The position numbers and the translations under genes were made by a program. A stretch of 64,000 nucleotides of DNA from Isurus oxyrinchus. Taxonomy: Eukaryota. The first letter of the stretch is position 1; each line of letters starts with the position of its first letter. Under the pieces are notes generated by a model. The model did not search any database. It had not been told where the DNA came from and was given only the letters and a program-made list of their open reading frames with translations. Positions 51,616-64,000 of the stretch are shown one piece after another. Location of the stretch: the NCBI GenBank assembly GCA_026770705.1, contig JANJGN010000002.1:106950001-107014000 (forward strand). The letters are read 5' to 3'.

Positions 51616-53789
51616 TTTACTTGTCCAATGTGCAAAAACAGATGCCATTCAAACTATTTTTTCTGCCTGACTACTTTTTCTGCATATCAGTAGTGTTCCA
51701 GCGTGTTGCAATGCACAGCATTATTACAGCAGCCTTTCCAAAAAAAACACCATGAATCGATGCACTTTCCCAATCCTGATGCTGTCACGACGCTAGGTCT
51801 TTTCACTCTTGATGCTTTCTACCTTCTGTGTTTCGCATTCCCCTCATAGCTGAGCCCTCGCTGACTGTTCTCAACTGTGTCTCCGCGTGCCTTGATAATT
51901 CTTCAAGCAAGCTGCTCATATTGAAAACAACACCCATAGATTGCGTCAGCTACCGGATTGATCAATTGCCTCCACAGGCCCCTTCTCGTCTTCAAAGCAC
52001 CAGTATAGTACGACTCCTTGCTTTAGTTTGTAACAACAAACAAATGTATTGTACTGAACAAGCAAGGAAATAACAGAAGTTTAAGACATACCTTTTCAAA
52101 GTTCATTCATAACTTTCCTAACTCCATGTTTAAGAGAAACCAGTAAATGTTCTGCAAAGATAAAAGCAAAATACTGCACATGCTGGGAAACTGAAGCAAA
52201 AACAAAAATAGCTGGAAAACGCAGCAGGTCTGACAGCATCTGTGGAGAGGAAGTCAGAGTTATCGTTTCCAGTCCGTATGAGTCTTCATCAGACCTCCAT
52301 CAGAAGTGGTCTGCAAAGCTGGGCTAAACAGAGCGTAATGCAATGCCACATTTTACCCATCTGTTTGGCTTTACTTCAACATCTATGAGTGTTCTCTTCT
52401 TGAATGACAGGCTTCGTGGCACCCAGGTGCATTATCTTTGAAGGCTCGAAAGCAAAAGTCATTGATTGAAAGGCTTTTGTTTGCAATGTACAAAGTATCC
52501 AATCAATTCATACTTAGCTTCTTATCAGACACGTCAAGATAAAGACAGACTTGCATTATTTATCACTTCTCAAGTCCTCTGGACGTCCCAAATGTCATCA
52601 CGGCTAATCACGTGTTTGTGACGTCTAGTCACTTGTGATGTAGGAAATGCGGCAAGTAATGTGCACACAACAAACAGCAATGTGAGAATCACCAGGTAAA
52701 ATGTTGTCATAAAGTGGATTCAAGACAAAACGTTGCTCACGCTACTGGAGAAGAACATGCTGCTCATATCTGAACAGAATAACCAGCACGGTTTCTTTTC
52801 AACTGAATACCTTCAGTCCACTCTCCAGAACCCTGACTCGGGACAAGCAACTTGGAAGTTGAAACTTTGTTCGAGCTAAGTGAGGGTGTTATATCTGTCA
52901 GTGAAGCTGCTTCTTCAGAACTTTTTCATTATGACTGAATAAATTGGACCAGTGCCAAGCCTCACTCAGAGATCCAGGTCACTTTTTGCCCCAAATGTTT
53001 CGGAGTTCCACAAGTGACTACGCATGCCTGCATTTTAGCATTTAAATGCAGTTTTTGTGCAAAAGCACAAGCTTGTGCTGTAGCACTCTTCCTCTCACTT
53101 GCAGAAATGTAATTTCAAGCCAAATCGCAAGATTTGAGTGCAACAATGCAGTTCACACACAAGTGGTTTACTGAGGGTGTGCTGCGCTCTCAGAAGTGCT
53201 ATGACATGCATTTTACGTGAATCCGAAGCCACATCTCCCTTCTCTTGGGATGGTAAGAGGTCCCCTGGCGCTATTCCAATGAATAACAGGGGGCTCCTAC
53301 CTGCTGTCGTGGGCAATATTTAGCTCTCGGTCAGTATCATAAAAGACACACACTATCTCCTCGTTGCCGAATTGCTGTCTGGCGTTTGCAAGTTACCTGC
53401 ACATTGGTGACATTAGAGCAGTGAACACATTTGAAACGCATTTCTTTGCCTGGAAAGTGCTTTCAGATTCGTGGCAATGATCAAACGCGCTCTATAAATG
53501 TGTCGCTGTTTTAACATATTGAGCCTTGACGAGAGTGCACAAAAAATCAATTACCCCAAAGTGCAATGTTGAACATGAATTTGCATATTGTGCAAGATTT
53601 GCAGCTGGCATGAGCGATGCTTGTTGCAGTCAATATTCTGGCATTGTAAAGAAAGATTTCCATGATTTTAGTCGCTGGAAATTGGTGTCTTTTCATATTC
53701 TGAGTCTTTAGGAGAACTGTTAGTTTGTCACCATGGCTTTAGGAGAGGGCTCTCACTTCTCACCAAGGATATTGTACCTGCTCTTTTAT

Positions 53790-53903
53790 AAGCTCCCAAT
53801 TCTCTTCAATTCGTATAAATCTTTCGCATTTTACTAAAGATTTCCGTGGAGAGAATTGATTGAGAATTTTGAAGCTATTTTTGAATGCCTGACCTCAGGC
53901 AGG
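53790..53903 (+). ncRNA. RNU5: U5 snRNA, copy 24 (loop 1 C39A plus Sm-site A87T)
   Basis: GCATTTTAC (A at 53828); the Sm site reads TATTTTTG (T at 53876). Confidence 0.88.
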
Positions 53904-56085
53904 TTTACTTGTCCAATGTGCAAAAACAGATGCCATTCAAGCTATTTTTTCTGCCTGACTACTTTTTCCACATATCAGTAGTGCTCCAGCGTGTTGCAAT
54001 GCACAGCATTATTACAGCAGCCTTTCCAAAAATAACACCATGAATCGATGCACTTTCCCAATCCTGATGCTGTCACGACGCTAGGTCTTTTCACTCTTGA
54101 TGCTTTCTACCTTCTGTGTTTCGCATTCCCCTCATAGCTGAGCCCTCGCTGACTGTTCTCAACTGTGTCTCCGCGTGCCTTGATAATTCTTCAAGCAAGC
54201 TTCTCATATTGAAAACAACACCCATAGATTGCGTCAGCTACTGGATTGATCAATTGCCTCCACAGGCCCCTTCTCGTCTTCAAAGCACCAGTATAGTACG
54301 ACTCCTTGCTTTAGTTTGTAACAACAAACAAATGTATTGTACTGAACAAGCAAGGAAATAACAGAAGTTTAAGACATACCTTTTCAAAGTTCATTCATAA
54401 CTTTCCTAACTCCATGTTTAAGGGAAACCAGTAAATGTTCTGCAAAGATAAAAGCAAAATACTGCACATGCTGGGAAACTGAAGCAAAAACAAAAATAGC
54501 TGGAAAACGCAGCAGGTCTGACAGCATCCGTGGAGAGGAAGTCAGAGTTATCGTTTCCAGTCCGTATGAGTCTTCATCAGACCTCCATCAGAAGTGGTCT
54601 GCAAAGCTGCGCTAAACTGAGCGTAATCCAATGCCACATTTTACCCATCTGTTTGGCTTTACTTCAACATCAATGAGTACTCTCTTCTTGAATGACAGGC
54701 TTCGTGGCACCCAGGCGCATTATCTTTGAAAGTCATTGATTTCAAAGCTAAAGTCATTGATTGAAAGGCTTTTGTTTGCAATGTACAAAGTATCCAATCA
54801 ATTCATAGTTAGCTTCTTATCAGACACGTCAAGATAAAGACAGACTTGCATTATTTATCACTTCTCAAGTCCTCTGGACGTCCCAAATGTCATCACTGCT
54901 AATCACGTGTTTGTGACGTCTAGTCACTTGTGATGTAGGAAATGCGGCAAGTAATGTGCACACAACAAACAGCAATGTGAGAATCACCAGGTAAAATGTT
55001 GTCATAAAGTGGATTCAAGACAAAACGTTGCTCACGCTACTGGAGAAGAACATGCTGCTCATATCTGAACAGAATAACCAGCACGGTTTCTTTTCAACTG
55101 AATACCTTCAGTCCACTCTCCAGAAACCTGACTCGGGACAAGCAACTTGGAAGTTGAAACTTTGTTTGAGCTAAGTGAGGGTGTTATATCTGTCAGTGAA
55201 GCTGCTTCTTCAGAACTTTTTCATTATGACTGAATAAATTGGACCAATGCCAAGCCTCACTCAGAGATCCAGGTCACTTTTTGCCCCAAATGTTTCGCAG
55301 TTCCACAAGTGACTACGCATGCCTGCATTTTAGCAGTTAAATGCAGTTTTTGTGCAAAAGCACAAGCTTGTGCTGTAGCATTCTTGCCTCTCACTTGCAG
55401 AACTGTAATTTCAAGCCAAATCGCAAGGTTGGAGTGCAAAAATGCAGTTGACACACAAGTGATTTACTGAGGGTGTGCTGCGCTCTCAGAAGTGCTATGA
55501 CGTGCATTTTACGTGAATCCGAAGCCATATCTCCCTTCTCTTGGGATGGTAAGAGGTCCCCTGGCGCTATTCCAATGAATAACAGGGGGCTCCTACCTGC
55601 TGTCGTGGGCAATATTTAGCTCTCGGTCAGTATCATAAAAGACACGCACTATCTCCTCGTTGCCGAATTGCTGTCTGGCGTTTGCAAGTTACCTGCACGT
55701 TGGTGACATTAGAGCAGTGAACACATTTGAAACGCATTTCTTTGCCTGGAAAGTGCTTTCAGATTCGTGGCAATGATCAAACGCGCTCTATAAATGTGTC
55801 GCTGTTTTAACATATTGAGCCTTGACGAGAGTGCACAAAAAATCAATTACCCCAAAGTGCAATGTTGAACATGAATTTGCATATCGTGCAAGATTTGCAG
55901 CTGGCATGAGCGATGCTTGTTGCAGTCAATATTCTGGCATTGTAAAGAAAGATTTCCATGATTTTAGTCGCTGGAAATTGGTGTCTTTTAATATTCTGAG
56001 TATTTAGGAGAACTGTTAGTTTGTCACCACGGCTTTAGGAGAGGGCTCTCACTTCTCACCAAGGATATTGTACCTGCTCTTTCAG

Positions 56086-56199
56086 AAGCTCCCAATTCTC
56101 TTCAATTCGTATAAATCTTTCGCCTTTTACTAAAGATTTCCGTGGAGAGAATTGATTGAGAATTTTGAAGCAATTTTTGAATGCCTGACCTCAGGCAGG
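56086..56199 (+). ncRNA. RNU5: U5 snRNA, copy 25
   Basis: Intact core; A77; the -1 base is G rather than T. Confidence 0.95.
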
Positions 56200-58373
56200 T
56201 TTACTTGTCCAATGTGCAAAAACAGATGCCATTCAAACTATTTTTTCTGCCTGACTACTTTTTCTGCATATCAGTAGTGTTCCAGCGTGTTGCAATGCAC
56301 AGCATTATTACAGCAGCCTTTCCAAAAAAAACACCATGAATCGATGCACTTTCCCAATCGTGATGCTGTCACGACGCTAGGTCTTTTCACTCTTGATGCT
56401 TTCTACCTTCTGTGTTTCGCATTCCCCTCATAGCTGAGCCCTCGCTGACTGTTCTCAACTGTGTCTCCGCGTGCCTTGATAATTCTTCAAGCAAGCTTCT
56501 CATATTGAAAACAACACCCATAGATTGCGTCAGCTACCGGATTGATCAATTGCCTCCACAGGCCCCTTCTCGTCTTCAAAGCACCAGTATAGTACGACTC
56601 CTTGCTTTAGTTTGTAACAACAAACAAATGTATTGTACTGAACAAGCAAGGAAATAACAGAAGTTTAAGACATACCTTTTCAAAGTTCATTCATAACTTT
56701 CCTAACTCCATGTTTAAGAGAAACCAGTAAATGTTCTGCAAAGATAAAAGCAAAATACTGCACATGCTGGGAAACTGAAGCAAAAACAAAAATAGCTGGA
56801 AAACGCAGCAGGTCTGACAGCATCTGTGGAGAGGAAGTCAGAGTTATCGTTTCCAGTCCGTATGAGTCTTCATCAGACCTCCATCAGAAGTGGTCTGCAA
56901 AGCTGGGCTAAACAGAGCGTAATGCAATGCCACATTTTACCCATCTGTTTGGCTTTACTTCAACATCTATGAGTGCTCTCTTCTTGAATGACAGGCTTCG
57001 TGGCACCCAGGTGCATTATCTTTGAAGGCTCGAAAGCAAAAGTCATTGATTGAAAGGCTTTTGTTTGCAATGTACAAAGTATCCAATCAATTCATACTTA
57101 GCTTCTTATCAGACACGTCAAGATAAAGACAGACTTGCATTATTTATCACTTCTCAAGTCCTCTGGACGTCCCAAATGTCATCACGGCTAATCACGTGTT
57201 TGTGACGTCTAGTCACTTGTGATGTAGGAAATGCGGCAAGTAATGTGCACACAACAAACAGCAATGTGAGAATCACCAGGTAAAATGTTGTCATAAAGTG
57301 GATTCAAGACAAAACGTTGCTCACGCTACTGGAGAAGAACATGCTGCTCATATCTGAACAGAATAACCAGCACGGTTTCTTTTCAACTGAATACCTTCAG
57401 TCCACTCTCCAGAAACCTGACTCGGGACAAGCAACTTGGAAGTTGAAACTTTGTTCGAGCTAAGTGAGGGTGTTATATCTGTCAGTGAAGCTGCTTCTTC
57501 AGAACTTTTTCATTATGACTGAATAAATTGGACCAGTGCCAAGCCTCACTCAGAGATCCAGGTCACTTTTTGCCCCAAATGTTTCGGAGTTCCACAAGTG
57601 ACTACGCATGCCTGCATTTTAGCATTTAAATGCAGTTTTTGTGCAAAAGCACAAGCTTGTGCTGTAGCACTCTTCCTCTCACTTGCAGAAATGTAATTTC
57701 AAGCCAAATCGCAAGATTTGAGTGCAACAATGCAGTTCACACACAAGTGGTTTACTGAGGGTGTGCTGCGCTCTCAGAAGTGCTATGACATGCATTTTAC
57801 GTGAATCCGAAGCCACATCTCCCTTCTCTTGGGATGGTAAGAGGTCCCCTGGCGCTATTCCAATGAATAACAGGGGGCTCCTACCTGCTGTCGTGGGCAA
57901 TATTTAGCTCTCGGTCAGTATCATAAAAGACACACACTATCTCCTCGTTGCCGAATTGCTGTCTGGCGTTTGCAAGTTACCTGCACATTGGTGACATTAG
58001 AGCAGTGAACACATTTGAAACGCATTTCTTTGCCTGGAAAGTGCTTTCAGATTCGTGGCAATGATCAAACGCGCTCTATAAATGTGTCGCTGTTTTAACA
58101 TATTGAGCCTTGACGAGAGTGCACAAAAAATCAATTACCCCAAAGTGCAATGTTGAACATGAATTTGCATATCGTGCAAGATTTGCAGCTGGCATGAGCG
58201 ATGCTTGTTGCAGTCAATATTCTGGCATTGTAAAGAAAGATTTCCATGATTTTAGTCGCTGGAAATTGGTGTCTTTTCATATTCTGAGTCTTTAGGAGAA
58301 CTGTTAGTTTGTCACCATGGCTTTAGGAGAGGGCTCTCACTTCTCACCAAGGATATTGTAGCTGCTCTTTTAT

Positions 58374-58487
58374 AAGCTCCCAATTCTCTTCAATTCGTAT
58401 AAATCTTTCGCCTTTTACTAAAGATTTCCGTGGAGAGAATTGATTGAGAATTTTGAAGCAATTTTTGAATGCCTGACCTCAGGCAGG
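58374..58487 (+). ncRNA. RNU5: U5 snRNA, copy 26
   Basis: Intact core; A77. Confidence 0.96.
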
Positions 58488-60669
58488 TTTACTTGTCCAA
58501 TGTGCAAAAACAGATGCCATTCAAACTATTTTTTCTGCCTGACTACTTTTCCCGCATATCAGTAGTGCTCCAGCGTGTTGCAATGCACAGCATTATTACA
58601 GCAGCCTTTCCAAAAAAAACACCATGAATCGATGCACTTTCCCAATCCTGATGCTGTCACGACGCTAGGTCTTTTCACTCTTGATGCTTTCTACCTTCTG
58701 TGTTTCGCATTCCCCTCATAGCTGAGCCCTCGCTGACTGTTCTCAACTGTGTCTCCGCGTGCCTTGATAATTCTTCAAGCAAGCTTCTCATATTGAAAAC
58801 AACACCCATAGATTGCGTCAGCTACCGGATTGATCAATTGCCTCCACAGGCCCCTTCTCGTCTTCAAAGCACCAGTATAGTACGACTCCTTGCTTTAGTT
58901 TGTAACAACAAACAAATGTATTGTACTGAACAAGCAAGGAAATAACAGAAGTTTAAGACATACCTTTTCAAAGTTCATTCATAACTTTCCTAACTCCATG
59001 TTTAAGGGAAACCAGTAAATGTTCTGCAAAGATAAAAGCAAAATACTGCACATGCTGGGAAACTGAAGCAAAAACAAAAATAGCTGGAAAACGCAGCAGG
59101 TCTGACAGCATCTGTGGAGAGGAAGTCAGAGTTATCGTTTCCAGTCCGTATGAGTCTTCATCAGACCTCCATCAGAAGTGGTCTGCAAAGCTGCGCTAAA
59201 CTGAGCGTAATCCAATGCCACATTTTACCCATCTGTTTGGCTTTACTTCAACATCAATGAGTACTCTCTTCTTGAATGACAGGCTTCGTGGCACCCAGGC
59301 GCATTATCTTTGAAAGTCATTGATTTCAAAGCGAAAGTCATTGATTGAAAGGCTTTTGTTTGCAATGTACAAAGTATCCAATCAATTCATAGTTAGCTTC
59401 TTATCAGACACGTCAAGATAAAGACAGACTTGCATTATTTATCACTTCTCAAGTCCTCTGGACGTCCCAAATGTCATCACTGCCAATCACGTGTTTGTGA
59501 CGTCTAGTCACTTGTGATGTAGGAAATGCGGCAAGTAATGTGCACACAACAAACAGCAATGTGAGAATCACCACGTAAAATGTTGTCATAAAGTGGATTC
59601 AAGACAAAACGTTGCTCACGCTACTGGAGAAGAACATGCTGCTCATATCTGAACAGAATAACCAGCACGGTTTCTTTTCAACTGAATACCTTCAGTCCAC
59701 TCTCCAGAAACCTGACTCGGGTCAAGCAACTTGGAAGTTGAAACTTTGTTTGAGCTAAGTGAGGGTGTTATATCTGTCAGTGAAGCTGCTTCTTCAGAAC
59801 TTTTTCATTATGACTGAATAAATTGGACCAATGCCAAGCCTCACTCAGAGATCCAGGTCACTTTTTGCCCCAAATGTTTCGCAGTTCCACAAGTGACTAC
59901 GCATGCCTGCATTTTAGCAGTTAAATGCAGTTTTTGTGCAAAAGCACAAGCTTGTGCTGTAGCATTCTTGCCTCTCACTTGCAGAACTGTAATTTCAAGC
60001 CAAATTGCAAGGTTGGAGTGCAAAAATGCAGTTGACACACAAGTGATTTACTGAGGGTGTGCTGCGCTCTCAGAAGTGCTATGACGTGCATTTTACGTGA
60101 ATCCGAAGCCATATCTCCCTTCTCTTGGGATGGTAAGAGGTCCCCTGGCGCTATTCCAATGAATAACAGGGGGCTCCTACCTGCTGTCGTGGGCAATATT
60201 TAGCTCTCGGTCAGTATCATAAAAGACACGCACTATCTCCTCGTTGCCGAATTGCTGTCTGGCGTTTGCAAGTTACCTGCACGTTGGTGACATTAGAGCA
60301 GTGAACACATTTGAAACGCATTTCTTTGCCTGGAAAGTGCTTTCAGATTCGTGGCAATGATCAAACGCGCTCTATAAATGTGTCGCTGTTTTAACATATT
60401 GAGCCTTGACGAGAGTGCACAAAAAATCAATTACCCCAAAGTGCAATGTTGAACATGAATTTGCATATCGTGCAAGATTTGCAGCTGGCATGAGCGATGC
60501 TTGTTGCAGTCAATATTCTGGCATTGTAAAGAAAGATTTCCATGATTTTAGTCGCTGGAAATTGGTGTCTTTTCATATTCTGAGTATTTAGGAGAACTGT
60601 TAGTTTGTCACCACGGCTTTAGGAGAGGGCTCTCACTTCTCACCAAGGATATTGTACCTGCTCTTTCAT

Positions 60670-60783
60670 AAGCTCCCAATTCTCTTCAATTCGTATAAAT
60701 CTTTCGCCTTTTACTAAAGATTTCCGTGGAGAGAATTGATTGAGAATTTTGAAGCAATTTTTGAATGCCTGACCTCAGGCAGG
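60670..60783 (+). ncRNA. RNU5: U5 snRNA, copy 27
   Basis: Intact core; A77. Confidence 0.96.
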
Positions 60784-62957
60784 TTTACTTGTCCAATGTG
60801 CAAAAACAGATGCCATTCAAACTATTTTTTCTGCCTGACTACTTTTTCTGCATATCAGTAGTGTTCCAGCGTGTTGCAATGCACAGCATTATTACAGCAG
60901 CCTTTCCAAAAAAAACACCATGAATCGATGCACTTTCCCAATCCTGATGCTGTCACGACGCTAGGTCTTTTCACTCTTGATGCTTTCTACCTTCTGTGTT
61001 TCGCATTCCCCTCATAGCTGAGCCCTCGCTGACTGTTCTCAACTGTGTCTCCGCGTGCCTTGATAATTCTTCAAGCAAGCTTCTCATATTGAAAACAACA
61101 CCCATAGATTGCGTCAGCTACCGGATTGATCAATTGCCTCCACAGGCCCCTTCTCGTCTTCAAAGCACCAGTATAGTACGACTCCTTGCTTTAGTTTGTA
61201 ACAACAAACAAATGTATTGTACTGAACAAGCAAGGAAATAACAGAAGTTTAAGACATACCTTTTCAAAGTTCATTCATAACTTTCCTAACTCCATGTTTA
61301 AGAGAAACCAGTAAATGTTCTGCAAAGATAAAAGCAAAATACTGCACATGCTGGGAAACTGAAGCAAAAACAAAAATAGCTGGAAAACGCAGCAGGTCTG
61401 ACAGCATCTGTGGAGAGGAAGTCAGAGTTATCGTTTCCAGTCCGTATGAGTCTTCATCAGACCTCCATCAGAAGTGGTCTGCAAAGCTGGGCTAAACAGA
61501 GCGTAATGCAATGCCACATTTTACCCATCTGTTTGGCTTTACTTCAACATCTATGAGTGCTCTCTTCTTGAATGACAGGCTTCGTGGCACCCAGGTGCAT
61601 TATCTTTGAAGGCTCGAAAGCAAAAGTCATTGATTGAAAGGCTTTTGTTTGCAATGTACAAAGTATCCAATCAATTCATACTTAGCTTCTTATCAGACAC
61701 GTCAAGATAAAGACAGACTTGCATTATTTATCACTTCTCAAGTCCTCTGGACGTCCCAAATGTCATCACGGCTAATCACGTGTTTGTGACGTCTAGTCAC
61801 TTGTGATGTAGGAAATGCGGCAAGTAATGTGCACACAACAAACAGCAATGTGAGAATCACCAGGTAAAATGTTGTCATAAAGTGGATTCAAGACAAAACG
61901 TTGCTCACGCTACTGGAGAAGAACATGCTGCTCATATCTGAACAGAATAACCAGCACGGTTTCTTTTCAACTGAATACCTTCAGTCCACTCTCCACAAAC
62001 CTGACTCGGGACAAGCAACTTGGAAGTTGAAACTTTGTTCGAGCTAAGTGAGGGTGTTATATCTGTCAGTGAAGCTGCTTCTTCAGAACTTTTTCATTAT
62101 GACTGAATAAATTGGACCAGTGCCAAGCCTCACTCAGAGATCCAGGTCACTTTTTGCCCCAAATGTTTCGAAGTTCCACAAGTGACTACGCATGCCTGCA
62201 TTTTAGCATTTAAATGCAGTTTTTGTGCAAAAGCACAAGCTTGTGCTGTAGCACTCTTCCTCTCACTTGCAGAAATGTAATTTCAAGCCAAATCGCAAGA
62301 TTTGAGTGCAACAATGCAGTTCACACACAAGTGGTTTACTGAGGGTGTGCTGCGCTCTCAGAAGTGCTATGACATGCATTTTACGTGAATCCGAAGCCAC
62401 ATCTCCCTTCTCTTGGGATGGTAAGAGGTCCCCTGGCGCTATTCCAATGAATAACAGGGGGCTCCTACCTGCTGTCGTGGGCAATATTTAGCTCTCGGTC
62501 AGTATCATAAAAGACACACACTATCTCCTCGTTGCCGAATTGCTGTCTGGCGTTTGCAAGTTACCTGCACATTGGTGACATTAGAGCAGTGAACACATTT
62601 GAAACGCATTTCTTTGCCTGGAAAGTGCTTTCAGATTCGTGGCAATGATCAAACGCGCTCTATAAATGTGTCGCTGTTTTAACATATTGAGCCTTGACGA
62701 GAGTGCACAAAAAATCAATTACCCCAAAGTGCAATGTTGAACATGAATTTGCATATCGTGCAAGATTTGCAGCTGGCATGAGCGATGCTTGTTGCAGTCA
62801 ATATTCTGGCATTGTAAAGAAAGATTTCCATGATTTTAGTCGCTGGAAATTGGTGTCTTTTCATATTCTGAGTCTTTAGGAGAACTGTTAGTTTGTCACC
62901 ACGGCTTTAGGAGAGGGCTCTCACTTCTCACCAAGGATATTGTACCTGCTCTTTTAT

Positions 62958-63071
62958 AAGCTCCCAATTCTCTTCAATTCGTATAAATCTTTCGCCTTTT
63001 ACTAAAGATTTCCGTGGAGAGAATTGATTGAGAATTTTGAAGCAATTTTTGAATGCCTGACCTCAGGCAGG
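62958..63071 (+). ncRNA. RNU5: U5 snRNA, copy 28
   Basis: Intact core; A77. Confidence 0.96.
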
Positions 63072-64000
63072 TTTACTTGTCCAATGTGCAAAAACAGATG
63101 CCATTCAAGCTATTTTTTCTGCCTGACTACTTTTTCCGCATATCAGTAGTGCTCTAGCGTGTTGCAATGCACAGCATTATTACAGCAGCCTTTCCAAAAA
63201 AAACACCATGAATCGATGCACTTTCCCAATCCTGATGCTGTCACGACGCTAGGTCTTTTCACTCTTGATGCTTTCTACCTTCTGTGTTTCGCATTCCCCT
63301 CATAGCTGATCCCTCGCTGACTGTTCTCAACTGTGTCTCCGCGTGCCTTGATAATTCTTCAAGCAAGCTTCTCATATTGAAAACAACACCCATAGATTGC
63401 GTCAGCTACCGGATTGATCAATTGCCTCCACAGGCCCCTTCTCGTCTTCAAAGCACCAGTATAGTACGACTCCTTGCTTTAGTTTGTAACAACAAACAAA
63501 TGTATTGTACTGAACAAGCAAGGAAATAACAGAAGTTTAAGACATACCTTTTCAAAGTTCATTCATAACTTTCCTAACTCCATGTTTAAGGGAAACCAGT
63601 AAATGTTCTGCAAAGATAAAAGCAAAATACTGCACATGCTGGGAAACTGAAGCAAAAACAAAAATAGCTGGAAAACGCAGCAGGTCTGACAGCATCTGTG
63701 GAGAGGAAGTCAGAGTTATCGTTTCCAGTCCGTATGAGTCTTCATCAGACCTCCATCAGAAGTGGTCTGCAAAGCTGCGCTAAACTGAGCGTAATCCAAT
63801 GCCACATTTTACCCATCTGTTTGGCTTTACTTCAACATCAATGAGTACTCTCTTCTTGAATGACAGGCTTCGTGGCACCCAGGCGCATTATCTTTGAAAG
63901 TCATTGATTTCAAAGCTAAAGTCATTGATTGAAAGGCTTTTGTTTGCAATGTACAAAGTATCCAATCAATTCATAGTTAGCTTCTTATCAGACACGTCAA

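Larger units (their letters stand above)
1..64000 (+). repeat. Tandem array of ~2,296-bp units, each with one U5 snRNA gene (about 27.9 units)
   Basis: Sequence at position 1 (GGTTTCTTTTCAACTG) recurs at 2297, 4593 and onward. Identical short ORFs recur at 738, 3034, 5330, 7625 ... 62694 with spacings of 2295-2296 bp (2288 in alternate units after 46.6 kb). Confidence 0.99.
45900..64000 (+). repeat. Dimeric higher-order repeat, period 4,584 bp (2,288 + 2,296)
   Basis: A 7-bp-shorter allele (GGCTCG) occurs at 47859, 52443, 57027 and 61611, exactly 4,584 bp apart, and linked SNPs alternate between adjacent units. Confidence 0.92.

Noticed and set aside
173-63529. Recurring 61-93 aa ORFs on both strands
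   Set aside because: They are short, many use non-ATG starts, show no recognisable domain, overlap SINE relics or the U5 promoter, and gain or lose stops and frameshifts between units. Their recurrence only reflects the tandem repeat.
1-64000. CRISPR array or prokaryotic/plasmid concatemer
   Set aside because: There is no short repeat with unique spacers and no rep gene. Units differ by structured shared SNPs and contain eukaryotic snRNA signals.

Overview
The whole 64 kb window is one head-to-tail tandem array of a ~2,296-bp unit (about 27.9 units, open at both ends). There is no credible protein-coding gene. Each unit carries one spliceosomal U5 snRNA gene on the + strand (28 copies) with a complete vertebrate-type RNA polymerase II snRNA cassette: SPH/Staf-like motif plus octamer (DSE, about -240 to -205), PSE (about -62 to -45) and a 3' box. 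The spacer is built from old retroelement debris amplified with the gene: two decayed Deu-domain SINE-like copies in opposite orientation and a short Penelope-like terminal fragment with a decayed hammerhead-like core and a probable 15-bp target-site duplication. These repeats resemble, from memory, cartilaginous-fish families, so a shark/ray source is inferred but not proven. Units differ by scattered substitutions that define higher-order repeats (a 3-unit period in the middle, a 4,584-bp 2-unit period at the right). Some U5 copies carry changes in the normally invariant loop 1 or next to the Sm site. Spacer and promoter features are given for unit 1 only and recur in every unit. Repeat-family names rest on recalled consensus sequences, not on a database search.
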